Shown here: positions 9,570 to 21,900 of the stretch, one piece after another | Layout: the number at the start of each line of letters is the position of its first letter | Numbering within the stretch: the stretch's first letter is position 1 | NCBI GenBank assembly: GCA_963666565.1 | Contig: OY762911.1 | Coordinates: forward strand, 2,272,001 to 2,336,000 | Reading direction: 5' to 3' | Length of the DNA: 64,000 nt | Source of the DNA: Thermoanaerobaculia bacterium | GTDB taxonomy: Bacteria; Acidobacteriota; Thermoanaerobaculia; Multivoradales; Multivoraceae | Translations under genes and position numbers: made by a program | The notes under the pieces: generated by a model | The model's database searches: none | What the model was told of the DNA's origin: nothing | What the model saw: only the letters and a program-made list of their open reading frames with translations

Positions 9570-9655
9570 CTCGCCCGCGCTGTGCGACAATCCCGACCCG
9601 CCGGACATCGACGAATCACCAGCAGGAATGACATGCAGAAGGGGGAGTGGCAGGC

Positions 9656-10507
9656 ATGATCCAGACGGGCGAGTTCAGGGGTTTCGAGGTCTCCATCGAG
9701 GATCCGGGGATCCTCGTCATCGCGTTCAACCGGCCGGACCGTCTCAACGGCATGGACGCGCAGATGAAGCGGGACCTGCTGGAGACGCTGACGCAGGCCG
9801 CCATGGAGGATTCGGTGCGCGTCGTTCTCTTCACGGGCAGCGGCCGGGCGTTCTCCGCAGGCGACGACATCAGCGGCCAGGACAAGGGCCGCCGCGGCGA
9901 GGCCCTGGTGCCGGACATCCACCGGGGCCACGACAACGTGCTCGGCACGATCAACGGCCTGCGCAAGATTTCGCAGCCGATCAACACGGCGATCCGCGGC
10001 ATGGACAAGCTGACGATCGCGGCGATGAACGGCGTCGCGGTCCAGACCGGCTTCTCGCTGGCGCTGAGCTGCGACTTCCGCATCGCCTCGACGGCGGCGC
10101 GGATGGGCAGCGGCACGATCCGTTTCGGGCTGCTGCCGGACGAGGGCGGCCACTACCTGCTGCTGCAGACGATGGGCCTGCCGAAGACGATGGACTTCCT
10201 CATGCGAGGCCGCATCGTCGACGCCGCCGAGGCGCTGGAGCTCGGCCTTGTCCATGAGGTCGTCGAGCCCGGCGACCTGATGCCGCGCGCCATGGACCTC
10301 GCTCGCGAACTGGCGAACGGGCCACAGGTGGCGATGCGGCTGTTGAAGCGCAGCCTGTACAACGCCGCCGACCAGACCTGGGAGCAGTCGCTCGAGGACA
10401 TCGCGGCCCGCACCCCGATCGGAGACCATCACCCCGACTCCCGCGAGGGCGTGGCCGCCTTCCGCGAGAAGCGGAAGCCGAACTTCAACGCCTGGCTCGA
10501 AGGCTAG
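9656..10507 (+). CDS. Enoyl-CoA hydratase/isomerase family protein
   Basis: FNRPDRLNG, TGSGRAFSAGDD, LALSCDFRIA, REGVAAFREKRKPNF; start either GTG 9647 or ATG 9656. Confidence 0.9.
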   Translation: MIQTGEFRGFEVSIEDPGILVIAFNRPDRLNGMDAQMKRDLLETLTQAAMEDSVRVVLFTGSGRAFSAGDDISGQDKGRRGEALVPDIHRGHDNVLGTINGLRKISQPINTAIRGMDKLTIAAMNGVAVQTGFSLALSCDFRIASTAARMGSGTIRFGLLPDEGGHYLLLQTMGLPKTMDFLMRGRIVDAAEALELGLVHEVVEPGDLMPRAMDLARELANGPQVAMRLLKRSLYNAADQTWEQSLEDIAARTPIGDHHPDSREGVAAFREKRKPNFNAWLEG

Positions 10508-10533
10508 GAAATGGCGCCGACCCGCCGTCCGCC

Positions 10534-10590
10534 GGATGCGCGGGTCCTGTGACCCGCTGCCGCCGAAAAGCGGCCAGGAACTTGTGCCGG
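10534..10590 (+). repeat. REP-like element with GCCGCCGAA..GCGGCCAGGAAC tail
   Basis: GGATGCGCGGGTCCTGTGACCCGC. Confidence 0.8.
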
Positions 10591-10710
10591 CCGCGGGACG
10601 GCGCCGCTGCGGCCTCGTCGGCTGCCGACCGACCGGACGGTAGGTGCTAATCTCCGGTCTCCAGCCGTCACTGCACACGCAACGACCCATCCAAAGCCAG
10701 GGAGATCTCC

Positions 10711-11892
10711 ATGACCGACGCCGTCATCGTTTCCACCGCCCGCACGCCGATCGGCAAGGCCTATCGCGGCGCCTTCAACAACCTCGAATCGCCGACCATG
10801 GGCGCGGCCGCGATTTCCGCCGCGGTCGAACGCGCCGGCGTCGAGCCGGGTGAGGTCGACGACGTCGTCATGGGCTGCGCCATGCAGCAGGGCACTCAGG
10901 GCAACAACGTGGCCCGGCAGTGCGCGATCCGGGCCGGCCTGCCCGTCGAGGTCTCGGGGATGACGGTGGACCGGCAATGCTCGTCGGGCCTGATGGCCAT
11001 CGCCACCGCCGCCAAGCAGGTCGTGATCGACGGAGCGCCGGTTGTGGTCGCCGGCGGAATCGACTCGATCAGCCTGGTGCAGAACGACAAGATGAACCAC
11101 TTCCGTGTTCCCGATCCCTGGATCAAGGAGAACAAGCCGGATCTCCACCTGCCGATGATCGACACCGCCGAGGTGGTGGCGAAGCGCTACGACGTCACCC
11201 GCGAGCAGCAGGACGAGTACGGCCTGCAGAGCCAGCAGCGGACCGCCGCCGGGCAGGAAGCGGGCGCCTTCGACGACGAGATCATCACGATGAACGCGAC
11301 AAAGATGATCCTCGACCGGGCGACCGGCGACATCAGCTTCGGCGAGGTCGAGCTGTCCCAGGACGAGGGCAACCGGCCGAGCACGACGATCGAGGGCCTC
11401 TCCGGCCTGAAGCCGGTGCGCGAGAACGGCACGATCACCGCCGGCAATGCCAGCCAGCTCTCCGACGGCGCCTCGGCCTGCGTGGTGATGGACTCGAAGG
11501 TGGCCGAGCAGCGCGGCCTCGATCCGCTCGGCATCTACAAGGGAATGGCGGTCGCCGGCTGCGAGCCGGACGAGATGGGGATCGGCCCCGTCTTCGCCGT
11601 CCCCAAGCTGCTGGAGCGCCAGGGCCTGACGATGGACGACATCGACCTCTGGGAGCTGAACGAGGCGTTCGCCGTGCAGGTGATCTACTGCCGCGACCGG
11701 CTGGGCATCCCGAACGACAGGCTGAACGTGAACGGCGGCGCCATCTCGATCGGCCACCCGTACGGCATGAGCGGAGCGCGCATGGTCGGCCACGCGCTGA
11801 TCGAGGGCAAGCGCCGCGGCGCGAAGAACGTCGTCGTCACGATGTGCATCGGCGGCGGCATGGGCGCGGCGGGGCTGTTCGAGGTCGCGTGA
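10711..11892 (+). CDS. Acetyl-CoA C-acyltransferase (thiolase)
   Basis: TVDRQCSSG (catalytic Cys), [20 protein letters not shown]. Confidence 0.95.
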   Translation: MTDAVIVSTARTPIGKAYRGAFNNLESPTMGAAAISAAVERAGVEPGEVDDVVMGCAMQQGTQGNNVARQCAIRAGLPVEVSGMTVDRQCSSGLMAIATAAKQVVIDGAPVVVAGGIDSISLVQNDKMNHFRVPDPWIKENKPDLHLPMIDTAEVVAKRYDVTREQQDEYGLQSQQRTAAGQEAGAFDDEIITMNATKMILDRATGDISFGEVELSQDEGNRPSTTIEGLSGLKPVRENGTITAGNASQLSDGASACVVMDSKVAEQRGLDPLGIYKGMAVAGCEPDEMGIGPVFAVPKLLERQGLTMDDIDLWELNEAFAVQVIYCRDRLGIPNDRLNVNGGAISIGHPYGMSGARMVGHALIEGKRRGAKNVVVTMCIGGGMGAAGLFEVA

Positions 11893-12776
11893 TTCGCGGC
11901 GCGGGCGGGCGGTTCGGCCGGCGGCGCTTGGCGGCCGCCGCCGGTCCCGCCGGCATTCGCCCGCGGGCGAACGGCTCGAACGTCGTGGTGCGCCGTCCCG
12001 GCGCGCGACGTCTGGCGGCTGCCGCGACCTTGGCCGCGGCGACCGCGGCCGCGGCGCCGGCCGCGGCGCAGACCGAGTTCCACTTCCAGTTCGGCGAACT
12101 GCTGAACCCGTTCTCGGCGCGGACCGAGGAGAGCTTCGTCCTGACGCTTCAGCAGGCGACGCAGTGGAAGTACGGGTCCAGCTTCTACTTCGTCGACTAC
12201 CTCGACGACCGGGGCCGCGACGGCTTCAACGAGCGCGACTTCTACGCCGAGTGGTACCCGACGCTGAGCCTCGGCAAGCTGACCGGGAAGACGGTCGGCG
12301 GCGGGCCGCTCATCGACGTCGGCTTTATCGCCGGGCTGAACGCCTCCGGCTCCGCGAAGGTCGTCAAGTACCTGCCGGGCGTGCGGCTGTCCTGGAAGGC
12401 GCCGGGCTTCGTTTTCCTGAACACGGACTTCATGCTCTACCTCGACGGCAGCAGCGGCGCCGGCGCCGGCGGCGCCCCGAAGACGGACGACGCCTACAAC
12501 GTCGACGTAAGCTGGCTCTATCCCTTCTCGCTGGGCGAACAGAGCTTCCAGATCACTGGCCACGCCGAGTACATCGGCAGCGTGACGAACGAGTTCGGCG
12601 ACGTCTACGGCGGCGCGATCCTGGCTCAGCCCCAGTTTCGCTGGGACCTCGGCAAGGCGGTGGGCGGCGACGCCGGCAAGCTGTTCGCCGGCATCGAGTA
12701 CCAGTACTGGCGCAACAAGCTGGGCACGGACGAAGACGAGACCGCGGCGCAGTTGCTGCTGGTCTGGCAGTTGTAG
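11889..12776 (+). CDS. Tsx-like nucleoside-binding outer-membrane beta-barrel protein (start uncertain, 11889 or about 11985)
   Basis: Ala-rich signal ending AAAQ; [40 protein letters not shown]; ends in VWQL. Confidence 0.75.
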   Translation: MIRGAGGRFGRRRLAAAAGPAGIRPRANGSNVVVRRPGARRLAAAATLAAATAAAAPAAAQTEFHFQFGELLNPFSARTEESFVLTLQQATQWKYGSSFYFVDYLDDRGRDGFNERDFYAEWYPTLSLGKLTGKTVGGGPLIDVGFIAGLNASGSAKVVKYLPGVRLSWKAPGFVFLNTDFMLYLDGSSGAGAGGAPKTDDAYNVDVSWLYPFSLGEQSFQITGHAEYIGSVTNEFGDVYGGAILAQPQFRWDLGKAVGGDAGKLFAGIEYQYWRNKLGTDEDETAAQLLLVWQL

Positions 12777-12840
12777 CGTCGCCTCCGGGCCAGGGGCTGG
12801 CGCACCGTCTCCGGAGATGCCGCCCTCCGGCCGGCACACC

Positions 12841-12989
12841 GGGTGCGCGGGTCCTCAGACCCGCTGCCGCCGAAGGCGGCCAGAAAGCCGGCGCTGCGAT
12901 CCCCGCGGCGCCGGGTGTGCGGGTCCTCCGACCCGCTGCCGCCGAGAGCGACCAGAGAGCCGGCGCTGCGATTCCCGCGGCGCCGCCTG
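12841..12989 (+). repeat. Two ~72-bp tandem units, each starting with the REP-like hairpin (12841, 12913), between convergent genes
   Basis: Direct repeat visible in the sequence. Confidence 0.85.
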
Positions 12990-15900
12990 CTACCGCCGGG
13001 GGCGCCGGGCGCCGAAGCGGAAAGTGGCGACGACCGTGTGCGTGAGCGGCTTGCCGCCGGCGAGCGCGTCCGGGGCGCTCGCGCCGCCGCCGCCGGCGAA
13101 GGCGAGCGGGCCGGGGTCGGTGCCGGTGGACATTTCGACCGCCAGCAGCCACCGGTTGCGTTCCAGGCCGAAGAACACGCCGGCGCGGACGGTCGGGTCC
13201 TCTTCGCCGTAGGCGTTGACCTCGGCGAAGGGCGCGATCAGGGCGCCGGGCGAGCGCAGGCGGAAGCCGTAGCTCGCCAGGCTCCGCACCGACATTTCGG
13301 GCCCGCCCGACAGCCCGCCGGCCGAGGCCAGACGGCTGAGCGGGCCGGCGCCCGAGGCGTCGTCCTGCCACAGGGCGCCCGCGTCCGCCATGCCCCAGGT
13401 GGGCGTGAGGGAGAGCGAGAAACCGCTGCCGTCCTCGGAGGACCGGACCTCGGCGGTCAGGCCGTAGCCGGTCTCGGTGTACTCGTCCGCGGCGTGGAGC
13501 GCGAGCGTGCGGCCGCGCGCCTCGACGGAGACGCGGCCCGAGGCGCTCTCGTAGCGGACGCCGCCGGCGACTTCGAGGCCGGCGCCCTCGGCGCCGTCGC
13601 CGCCGTCCTGGCGTGCCGCGACCTCGCCGAACGGGGTGAACGAACCGGCGCCGGTGGCGAAGCCGCGCGAGAACTCGATGCCGAGCCGGAGTCGCGAGAC
13701 GTCGGCGGCGAGGCCGTCGACCGCCCGTTCGCCCTCGTCGGTATCGAGACCGGCGAAGGCCGCGTCGCCGATCAGCGCGAGCGCCACGCCGCCGCGCGGC
13801 CGGAGCTCCCAGCGGCCGCCGATCATGCCCATCAGCAGCGAGAGGTCGCTCGACTCGCGCGCGAACTCCGCGTCTCCGAGGCGGCGGTCGAGGTCGGCGT
13901 CGCCGCCGCCGGCGCCGACCAGGCCCCAGAACTCGCGGCCGCTGCCAGTGTCGTAGTGGAGGTAGGGGAGGACCGTGGTCAGGGCCGTCTCGAACTTGCC
14001 GTCGCCGTCGATGCCGGACTCGCCGCCGGCGAAGGCGTAGTCGGTCGAGGCGGCCGAGCGGGCGATGGCGAGACCGGCGAGCCAGCGTTCGCCGAGGCGG
14101 CCGTCGATGCCGAGGTAGGAGGCGCGGGCGCGGCCCTCGAAGGAGGCGCCCTGTTCGCCTCTGCCGGTGAAGGAGTTGAAGTCGCCGCTGCCCCAGAGTG
14201 CCCAGGAGCGCCGGGCGGTCCGCGTTTCGTCTTCGCCGTCGGCGGCACCCTCGGCGCCCGCCTGGCTTTCGCCGCCGGCGTTCAGGGCGCCTCCGGCGAG
14301 GGGGATCTCGAACGAAACGCCGGCGATGGCCTGGTCCCGGTGGTGCGGGTCGGTGTTTCCGGGGCCGAGCGCACTGCCGAAGCGGCCGCCGTAGCCCATG
14401 CCGAGCGTGCCGCCGGGCCCGCCGCCGAAACTGCCGCCGAACCCACCGCCGAGCCCGCCGCCGAACCCGCCGGCGAGTCCCCCGCCCAATCCGCCGCCGA
14501 AGCTGCTGCCGAATCCGCCGGCGAGTCCCCCGCCCAATCCGCCGCCGAAGCTGCTGCCGAATCCGCCGCCGAAGCCACCGGCGAGTCCGCCGCCGAAGCT
14601 GCTGCCGAATCCGCCGCCGAAGCCAGCGCCGGGTCCGCCTCCGAAGCCGGCGCCGAGTCCACCGCCGAACCCGCCTCCGAAGCTGCCGCCGAGTCCGCCG
14701 CCGAGTCCCGCGCCGAACCCGCCGCCATAGCCACCTCCGAACCCGCCGTAAGTGCCGGCGCCGGCGCAGGGGTCGACCGCGGCGCCCCGGCCTGCGCCGG
14801 CCGGGCCCGGGCCGGATGCCGCTGGCAGGGCGCCCGCGTTCAGGCCAGCCGCGTGCGTTGAGCCAATCGTCGAGCCCGGCGTCGTGCCGGTCGCCGCCGC
14901 GCCGCCCCGCCCCGGTCCGCTTGCTGGCGTCGTGCCCGGCGCCGGGATCGCGAACCGCGACGACCCGCGGCCCGCCGCACCGCTCCGCAGCGGAATCTGC
15001 AGGCCCTGGACGGACAGCCGCGCGCAGCCGGAGCGGTTCGCCGCGAACCGGGCGCGCAGGGCGGAACTCGAGCTCGTCAGAGTCGACTGGCCGACGGCGG
15101 CGAGCACGTCCTCCAGCACCGCCTTCTCGGCCGGGTCGGTGACCACCGTGACGTCGAACCGCTGTTCGGCCCGGCCCGCGCTGTTGATCGCCGCGACGAC
15201 CACCTCGGTGCGCCCCTCGACGACTGGCGACACGAGGACCTCCGGCTCTCCGGAATCCGCGACCGCCTCGGCGACGCCCGGGTCCAGCGACCGCGCTTCG
15301 AAGCGCAGCGCCGAACCCCGGAACGCTTCCGAGACGTCCACTGGCCGCGGGCTGCCGCCGGCGACCAGGGTTATCGGCGGCAGCGAGCCGACCGCCTCCG
15401 GCGCCACGTCCTCGACGGTGACGTCGAAACGCTGGAACGCCTCGCCTTCGGCGTTGTACGCCCGCACGGTCACCGTCGTCCCGCCGGCCGCCAGCGGCGA
15501 CACGGCGAGCCGCGCGCCGCCGTCCGGGGACATGGAGACCCCGGCGGTCGCGACGGAGACGTCGGAGGACGAGGCGTCGAACGAGAGCGAGGTGCCGGCG
15601 AAGGCCGGGCCGAGGTCGACTTCGAGCGGTTCGTCGCCGACCTGAAGCCTCGCGTCGGGCAGGCTGCCGACCGCCTCGGGCGGTGCCTCGCGGACGAGGA
15701 CGTCGAAGGTCTGCTCCGCCTCGCCGACGGGGTTCGAGGCGCGGACGGTGACCCGGACGCTGCCCGCGGTCAGCGGCGTGACGACGAGCGCGGTCTTGCG
15801 CACGGAGACCTCGGCCACCTCGGGTTCCGAGGACGATGCGTCGTGTTCCAGGTTGGTACCCGAGAATGCGTCCGCCAGATCGACCCGCAGGGGCCGCTCG

Positions 15901-18900
15901 TCGACCCGGATCTCGCGGTCGCGCAACTGGGTGCGCACGCCTGGCGCCTGGTCGCGCACGGTGACCAGGAAGGTCCCTTCGGCGGAGCCCCTGGGGTTCG
16001 ACGCGGCGACCGTGACGATCGTGGCGCCGACAGAGAGCGGGGTCAGGGTCAGCGACGGGCCGTCGACCTCCACGTTGGCGACCGCCGGATTCTCCGCCGT
16101 CGCGGCCCATGTGAGGTTCGTGCCGTCGAAGGCGGGGGCGGCGTCGACCGTCAGCGATTCGCCTCCGAAGGTCAGCATGACGTCCGCCAGAGGCTCGCTG
16201 GCCGCCGGAGCGACGTCGAGGACGGTGACCTGGAACGAGGTCTGCACCGCGTTGGCGCTGCCGGTCGCCGTGACCGTGATCGTCGCGGTGCCGGGGCTGA
16301 CGGGCGTGATGACGAGCCTGGCGCCGTCGAGATGCACCGTGGCGACGCCGGGCGCGGAGGACACCGCCGTGTAGGTCACCGAGTCTTCCGATCCGCCCTG
16401 GAAGACGCGGCTCAGGTCGACCTCCTTCGCGCCGCCTCCCGGCTGGCCGCCGCCGCCATCGCCGCCACCGCCGTCGCCGCCGCCATCGCCGTCGCCGCCG
16501 CCATCGCCGTCGCCGCCACCGCCGTCGCCGCCCGGCGGGCCAGCCTGGATCGTCACGGTCTGTTCCGGCGGCGGCGCAACCACCGTCACCGGCGCCGCCT
16601 CGACCGTGACCTGGAAGGTCTGGTCCGCCGAGCCGTCGTCGTTCGACGCGGTCACCGTCACGGTCGTCGTGCCGGCCACCTTGCCGGTCACCTGCACCCT
16701 GCTTCCCGACGCGCCCGCGGAGGCGACGCCGCCGTTCGCCGACTGCGCTGCGAACTCCTCGGCGTCGCTCGAGAAGTACGAGGCGGCGTCGAAGGAGTGG
16801 ACCGCGCCTTCCTCCACCGTCACGTCCGGGATCGCTCCGGCGGCGGAGGGCCCGCTCGGCGCCTCGCCGACTTCCGCGCTCGGGAGGTCGTCGTCGGTCA
16901 CGGTCACGACCACCGTCGCCGCGTGGGCGTAACCGCCGCCGGTCGCCGTGTTGCCGATGTCCACGGTTTCGCTGTCCGCGTCCTGGTCGTCGACCGCGGT
17001 CGCGGTGACGGTCTGCGCGTTCGCGTAGTTCGTCGCCGTGAAAGTGAGCTGCGACGGGTCGACCGTGACCGACGACGGATCGGAACTCGTGACCGTCACC
17101 GTGACGTCGCTCGCCGGCTGGGTCGACAGGCTGACGGAGTACGTGGCCTCGCCGCCCTCCCCCAGAGCCAGGGTGGACGGCGACACGGTGAACTCGCCGC
17201 CGTCGTCGTCGTCCTGTTCCGTGGCGGTCAGGGTCGCCGTCGCGCTGCCGTAGCCGCCGCCCGACGCGGTGTGGCCGAAGACGGCCTGGCCGTTCAAGCC
17301 GTCCGCGTCGTCCGCGGCCTGGAGGGTGACGGTCTGGTCGGTGTTCCAGTTGACGGTGGTGAAGGTGAGCGAGGCGCCGGTCTTGATCGAGAGGTCCTGG
17401 TCGCCGGAGGTCCGGGAGACGGAGACCGAAACGCTGCCCGTGGGCTCGGTGGCGAGGCGTATCTGGTAGCTGGCCTCGCCGCCTTCGCCGACGGTGACGC
17501 TCGCGGTGGAGAGGACGATGCCGACGGTGTCGTCGTCGTTCTCGGTGGCGGTGAGTTGGGCGGTGACGTTGTCGTAGCCGCCGCCGCTGGCGGAGTGCGC
17601 GATCGTCGCCGTGCCGTTCTCGCCGTCGTTGTCCTGGGCGGCTTCGAGGGTGACGGTCTTGTCCGTGTTCCAGTTCGCGGTAGTGAAGGTGAGGGAGGCG
17701 CCGGTCTTGACGCCGATGTCTCCGTCCTGTGTGCCGCTCGTGCTTCGGGCGACGCTGACGGTGACGTTGCCGGACGGCTTCGTCGCCAGCTTGACCTTGT
17801 AGTCGGCGGTCGAGCCTTCGCCGACCGTGACGCCGGAGGGCGAGGAGAGGACGATCGCCTTCGTGTCGTCGTCGCTCTCCGTTGCGGTGAGATTGGCGGT
17901 GACGTTGTCGTAGCCGCCGCCGCTGGCGGAGTGCACGATGGTCGCCGTGCCGTTCTCGCCGTCGTTGTCCTGGGCGGCTTCGAGCGTCACCGTCCGGTCG
18001 GTGTTCCAGTTGTCGGTGGTGAAGGTGAGGGAAGCGCCGGTCTTGACGCCGATGTCTCCGTCCTGTGTGCCGCTCGTGCTTCGGGCGACGCTGACGGTGA
18101 CGTTGCCGGACGGCTTCGTTGCCAGCTTGACCTTGTAGTCGGCGGTGGAACCCTCGCCGACGGTGACGCCGGAGGGCGAGGAGAGGACGATGCTCTTCGC
18201 GTCGTCGTCGCTCTCCGTCGCCGTGAGATCGGCGGCGACGTTGTCGTAGCCGCCGCCGCTGGCGGAGTGTTCGATGGTCGCCGTGCCGTTCTCCCCGTCG
18301 TTGTCCTGGGCGGCTTCAAGGGTGACCGTCTGGTCGGTGTTCCAGTTGGCGGTGGTGAAGGTGAGGGAGGCGCCGGTCTTGACGCCGATGTCGCCGTCCT
18401 GTGTGCCGCTCGTGCTTCGGGCGACGCTGACGGTGACGTTGCCGGACGGCTTCGTTGCCAGCTTGACCTTGTAGTCGGCGGTGGAACCCTCGCCGACGGT
18501 GACGCCGGAGGGCGAGGAGAGGACGATGCTCTTCGTGTCGTCGTCGCTTTCGGTGGCGGTGAGTTCGGCGGTCACGTCGTCGTAGCCGCCACCGCTGGCG
18601 GAGTGCTCGATGGTCGCCGCGCCGTCGTCGCCGTCGTTGTCGTCGTCCGCTTCGAGGGTGACGGTCTGATCGGTGTTCCAGTTGGCGGTGGTGAAGGTGA
18701 GGGAGGCGCCGGTCTTGACCGAGATGTCGTCGTCCTGGTCGTTTCCGGACTTGCGGGCGACGCTGACGGTGACGTCGTCGCTGGGTTTCGTGGCGAGCTT
18801 CACCTTGTAACTGGCGGTGGAACCCTCGCCGATCGTGACGCCGGAGGATGGGGTGACCGTGAGGGCCTTCGTGTCGTCGTCGTTCTCGGTGGCGGTGAGT

Positions 18901-21900
18901 TCGGCGGTCACGTCGTCGTAGCCGCCGCCGCTGGCGGAGTGCTCGATGGTCGCCGTGCCGTCGTCGCCGTCGTTGTCGTCGTCCGCTTCGAGGGTGACGG
19001 TCTGGTCGGTGTTCCAATTGGCGGTGGTGAAGGTGAGGGAGGCGCCGGTCTTGACCGAGATGTCGTCGTCCTGGTCGTTGCCGGACTTGCGGGCGACGGC
19101 GACGGTGACGCTGGCGCTGGGCTTCGTCGCCAGCTTGACGTCGTAGGTCGCGGTCGAGCCCTCGTCCACCGTGACGCCGGATGGCGAAGAGAGGGTGATG
19201 GCCTTCGTGTCGTCGTCGTCTTCCGTCGCGGTCAGGTTGGCGGAGACGCTGCCGTAGCCGCCGTTCGAGGCGCTGTGGACGATGACCGCCGTGCCGTCGT
19301 CGCCGTCGTTGTCGTCGTCAGCCTCCAGGGTGACCGTCTGGTCGGCGTTCCAGTTGGCGGTGGTGAAGGTGAGGGAGGCGCCGGTCTTGACGGAGATGTC
19401 CTCGTCCTGGGTGCCGGTGTTGCTGCGGGCGACGGCGACGGTGACGCTGGCGCTGGGCTTCGTCGCCAGCCTGACCTTGTAGCTGGCGGTGGATCCCTCG
19501 GGTACGGAGACGCCGGAGGACGGGGTGATCGTGATGGCCTTCGTGTCGTCGTCGTTCTCGGTTGCGGTGAGGTTGGCGGTGACCGAGCCGTAGCCGCCGT
19601 TCGAGGCGGTGTGGACGATGACGGCGGTGCCGTTGTCGCCGTCGTCGTCGTCGTCCGCCTCGAGGGTGACGGTCTGGTCGGTGTTCCAGTTCGTGGTGGT
19701 GAAGGTGAGGGATGCGCCGGTCTTGACGGAGATGTCCGTGTCCTGGGTTCCGGAAGTGCTTCGGGCGACGGTGACGGTGACGCTGGCGCTGGGCTTGGTG
19801 GCGAGCTTGATCTTGTAGCTGGCGGTCGAGCCCTCGGGGACGGAGACGCTGGTCGGGTTGAGGGTGAAGCCCTTGGTGTCGTTGTCGGCCTCCGTGGCGG
19901 TGAGGTTCGCTGTGACGCTGCCGTAGCCGCCGCCGGCCGCGGTGTGCTTGATGACGGCGGTGCCGTTGTCTCCGTCGTTGTCGTCGTCGGCTTCGAGGGT
20001 GACGGTCTGGTCGGTGTTCCAGTTCGTGGTGGTGAAGGTGATGGAGGCGCCGGTCTTGACGCTGATGTCCGTGTCCTGGGTTCCCGTGGTGCTTCGCGCG
20101 ACGGTGACGGTGACGCTGGCGCTGGGCTTCGTCGTCAGCTTGATCTTGTAGCTGGCGGTGGAGCCCTCGGTGACGGAGACGCTGGTCGGGTTGAGGGTGA
20201 AGCCCTTGGTGTCGTTGTCGGCCTCCGTGGCGGTGAGGTTGGCGGCAACCGATCCGTAGCCGCCGCCAGCGGCGGTGTGCTTGATGACGGCCGTGCCGTT
20301 GTCGCCGTCATGGTCCTCGTCGGCCTCCAGGGTGACGGTCTGGTCGGTGTTCCAGTTGGTGGTGGTGAAGGTGAGGGAGGCGCCGGTCTTGACGGAGATG
20401 TCCGTGTCCTGGGTTCCGGAAGTGCTTCGCGCGACGGTGACGGTGACGCTGGCGCTGGGCTTCGTCGTCAGCTTGATCTTGTAGCTGGCGGTGGAGCCCT
20501 CGGTGACGGAGACGCTGGTCGGGTTGAGGGTGAAGCCCTTGGTGTCGTTGTCGGCCTCCGTGGCGGTGAGGTTGGCGGCAACCGATCCGTAGCCGCCGCC
20601 GGCGGCGGTGTGCTTGATGACGGCCGTGCCGTTGTCGCCGTCGTTGTCCTCGTCGGCCTCCAGGGTGACGGTCTGGTCGGTGTTCCAGTTCGTGGTGGTG
20701 AAGGTGAGCGAGGCGCCGGTCTTGACGTCGATGTCCTCGTCCTGGGTTCCGGCGGTGCTCCTTGCGACGGTGACGGTGACGCTGGCGCTGGGCTTCGTCG
20801 TCAGCTTGATCTTGTAGCTGGCGGTGGAGCCCTCGGTGACGGAGACGCTGGTGGGGTTGAGCGTGAAGCCCTTCGTGTCGTTGTCCGACTCGGTCGCCGT
20901 GAGGTTGGCGGTGACGCTGCCGTAGCCGCCGCCTGCCGCGGTGTGCTTGATGACGGCCGTTCCGTTGTCGCCGTCGTGGTCTTCGTCGGCCTCCAGGGTG
21001 ACGGTCTGGTCGGTGTTCCAGTTCGTGGTGGTGAAGGTGAGGGAGGCGCCGGTCTTGACGTCGATGTTCTCGTCCTGGGTTCCGGTCGTGCTCCTTGCGA
21101 CGGTGACGGTGACGCTGGCGCTGGGCTTCGTCGTCAGCTTGATCTTGTAGCTGGCGGTGGAGCCCTCGGTGACGGAGACGCTGGTGGGGTTGAGCGTGAA
21201 GCCCTTCGTGTCGTTGTCCGACTCGGTCGCCGTGAGGTTGGCGGTGACGCTGCCGTAGCCGCCGCCTGCCGCGGTGTGCTTGATGACGGCCGTTCCGTTG
21301 TCGCCGTCGTGGTCTTCGTCGGCCTCCAGGGTGACGGTCTGGTCGGTGTTCCAGTTCGTGGTGGTGAAGGTGAGGGAGGCGCCGGTCTTGACGTCGATGT
21401 TCTCGTCCTGGGTTCCGGTCGTGCTTCTCGCGACGGTGACGGTGACGCTGGCGCTGGGCTTGGTGGCGAGCTTGATCTTGTAGCTGGCGGTGGAACCCTC
21501 GGTGACGGAGACGCTGGTCGGGTTGAGCGTGAAGCCCTTCGTGTCGTTGTCCGACTCGGTGGCGGTGAGGTTGGCGGTGACGCTGCCGTAGCCGCCGCCT
21601 GCCGCGGTGTGCTTGATGACGGCCGTTCCGTTGTCGCCGTCGTGGTCTTCGTCGGCCTCCAGGGTGACGGTTTGGTCGGTGTTCCAGTTCGTGGTGGTGA
21701 AGGTGAGGGATGCGCCGGTCTTGACGTCGATGTCCTCGTCCTGGGTTCCGGTGGTGCTCCTTGCGACGGTGACGGTGACGCTGGCGCTGGGCTTGGTGGC
21801 GAGCTTGATCTTGTAGCTGGCGGTCGAGCCCTCGGTAACGGAGACGCTGGTGGGGTTGAGCGTGAAGCCCTTCGTGTCGTTGTCCGACTCGGTGGCGGTG

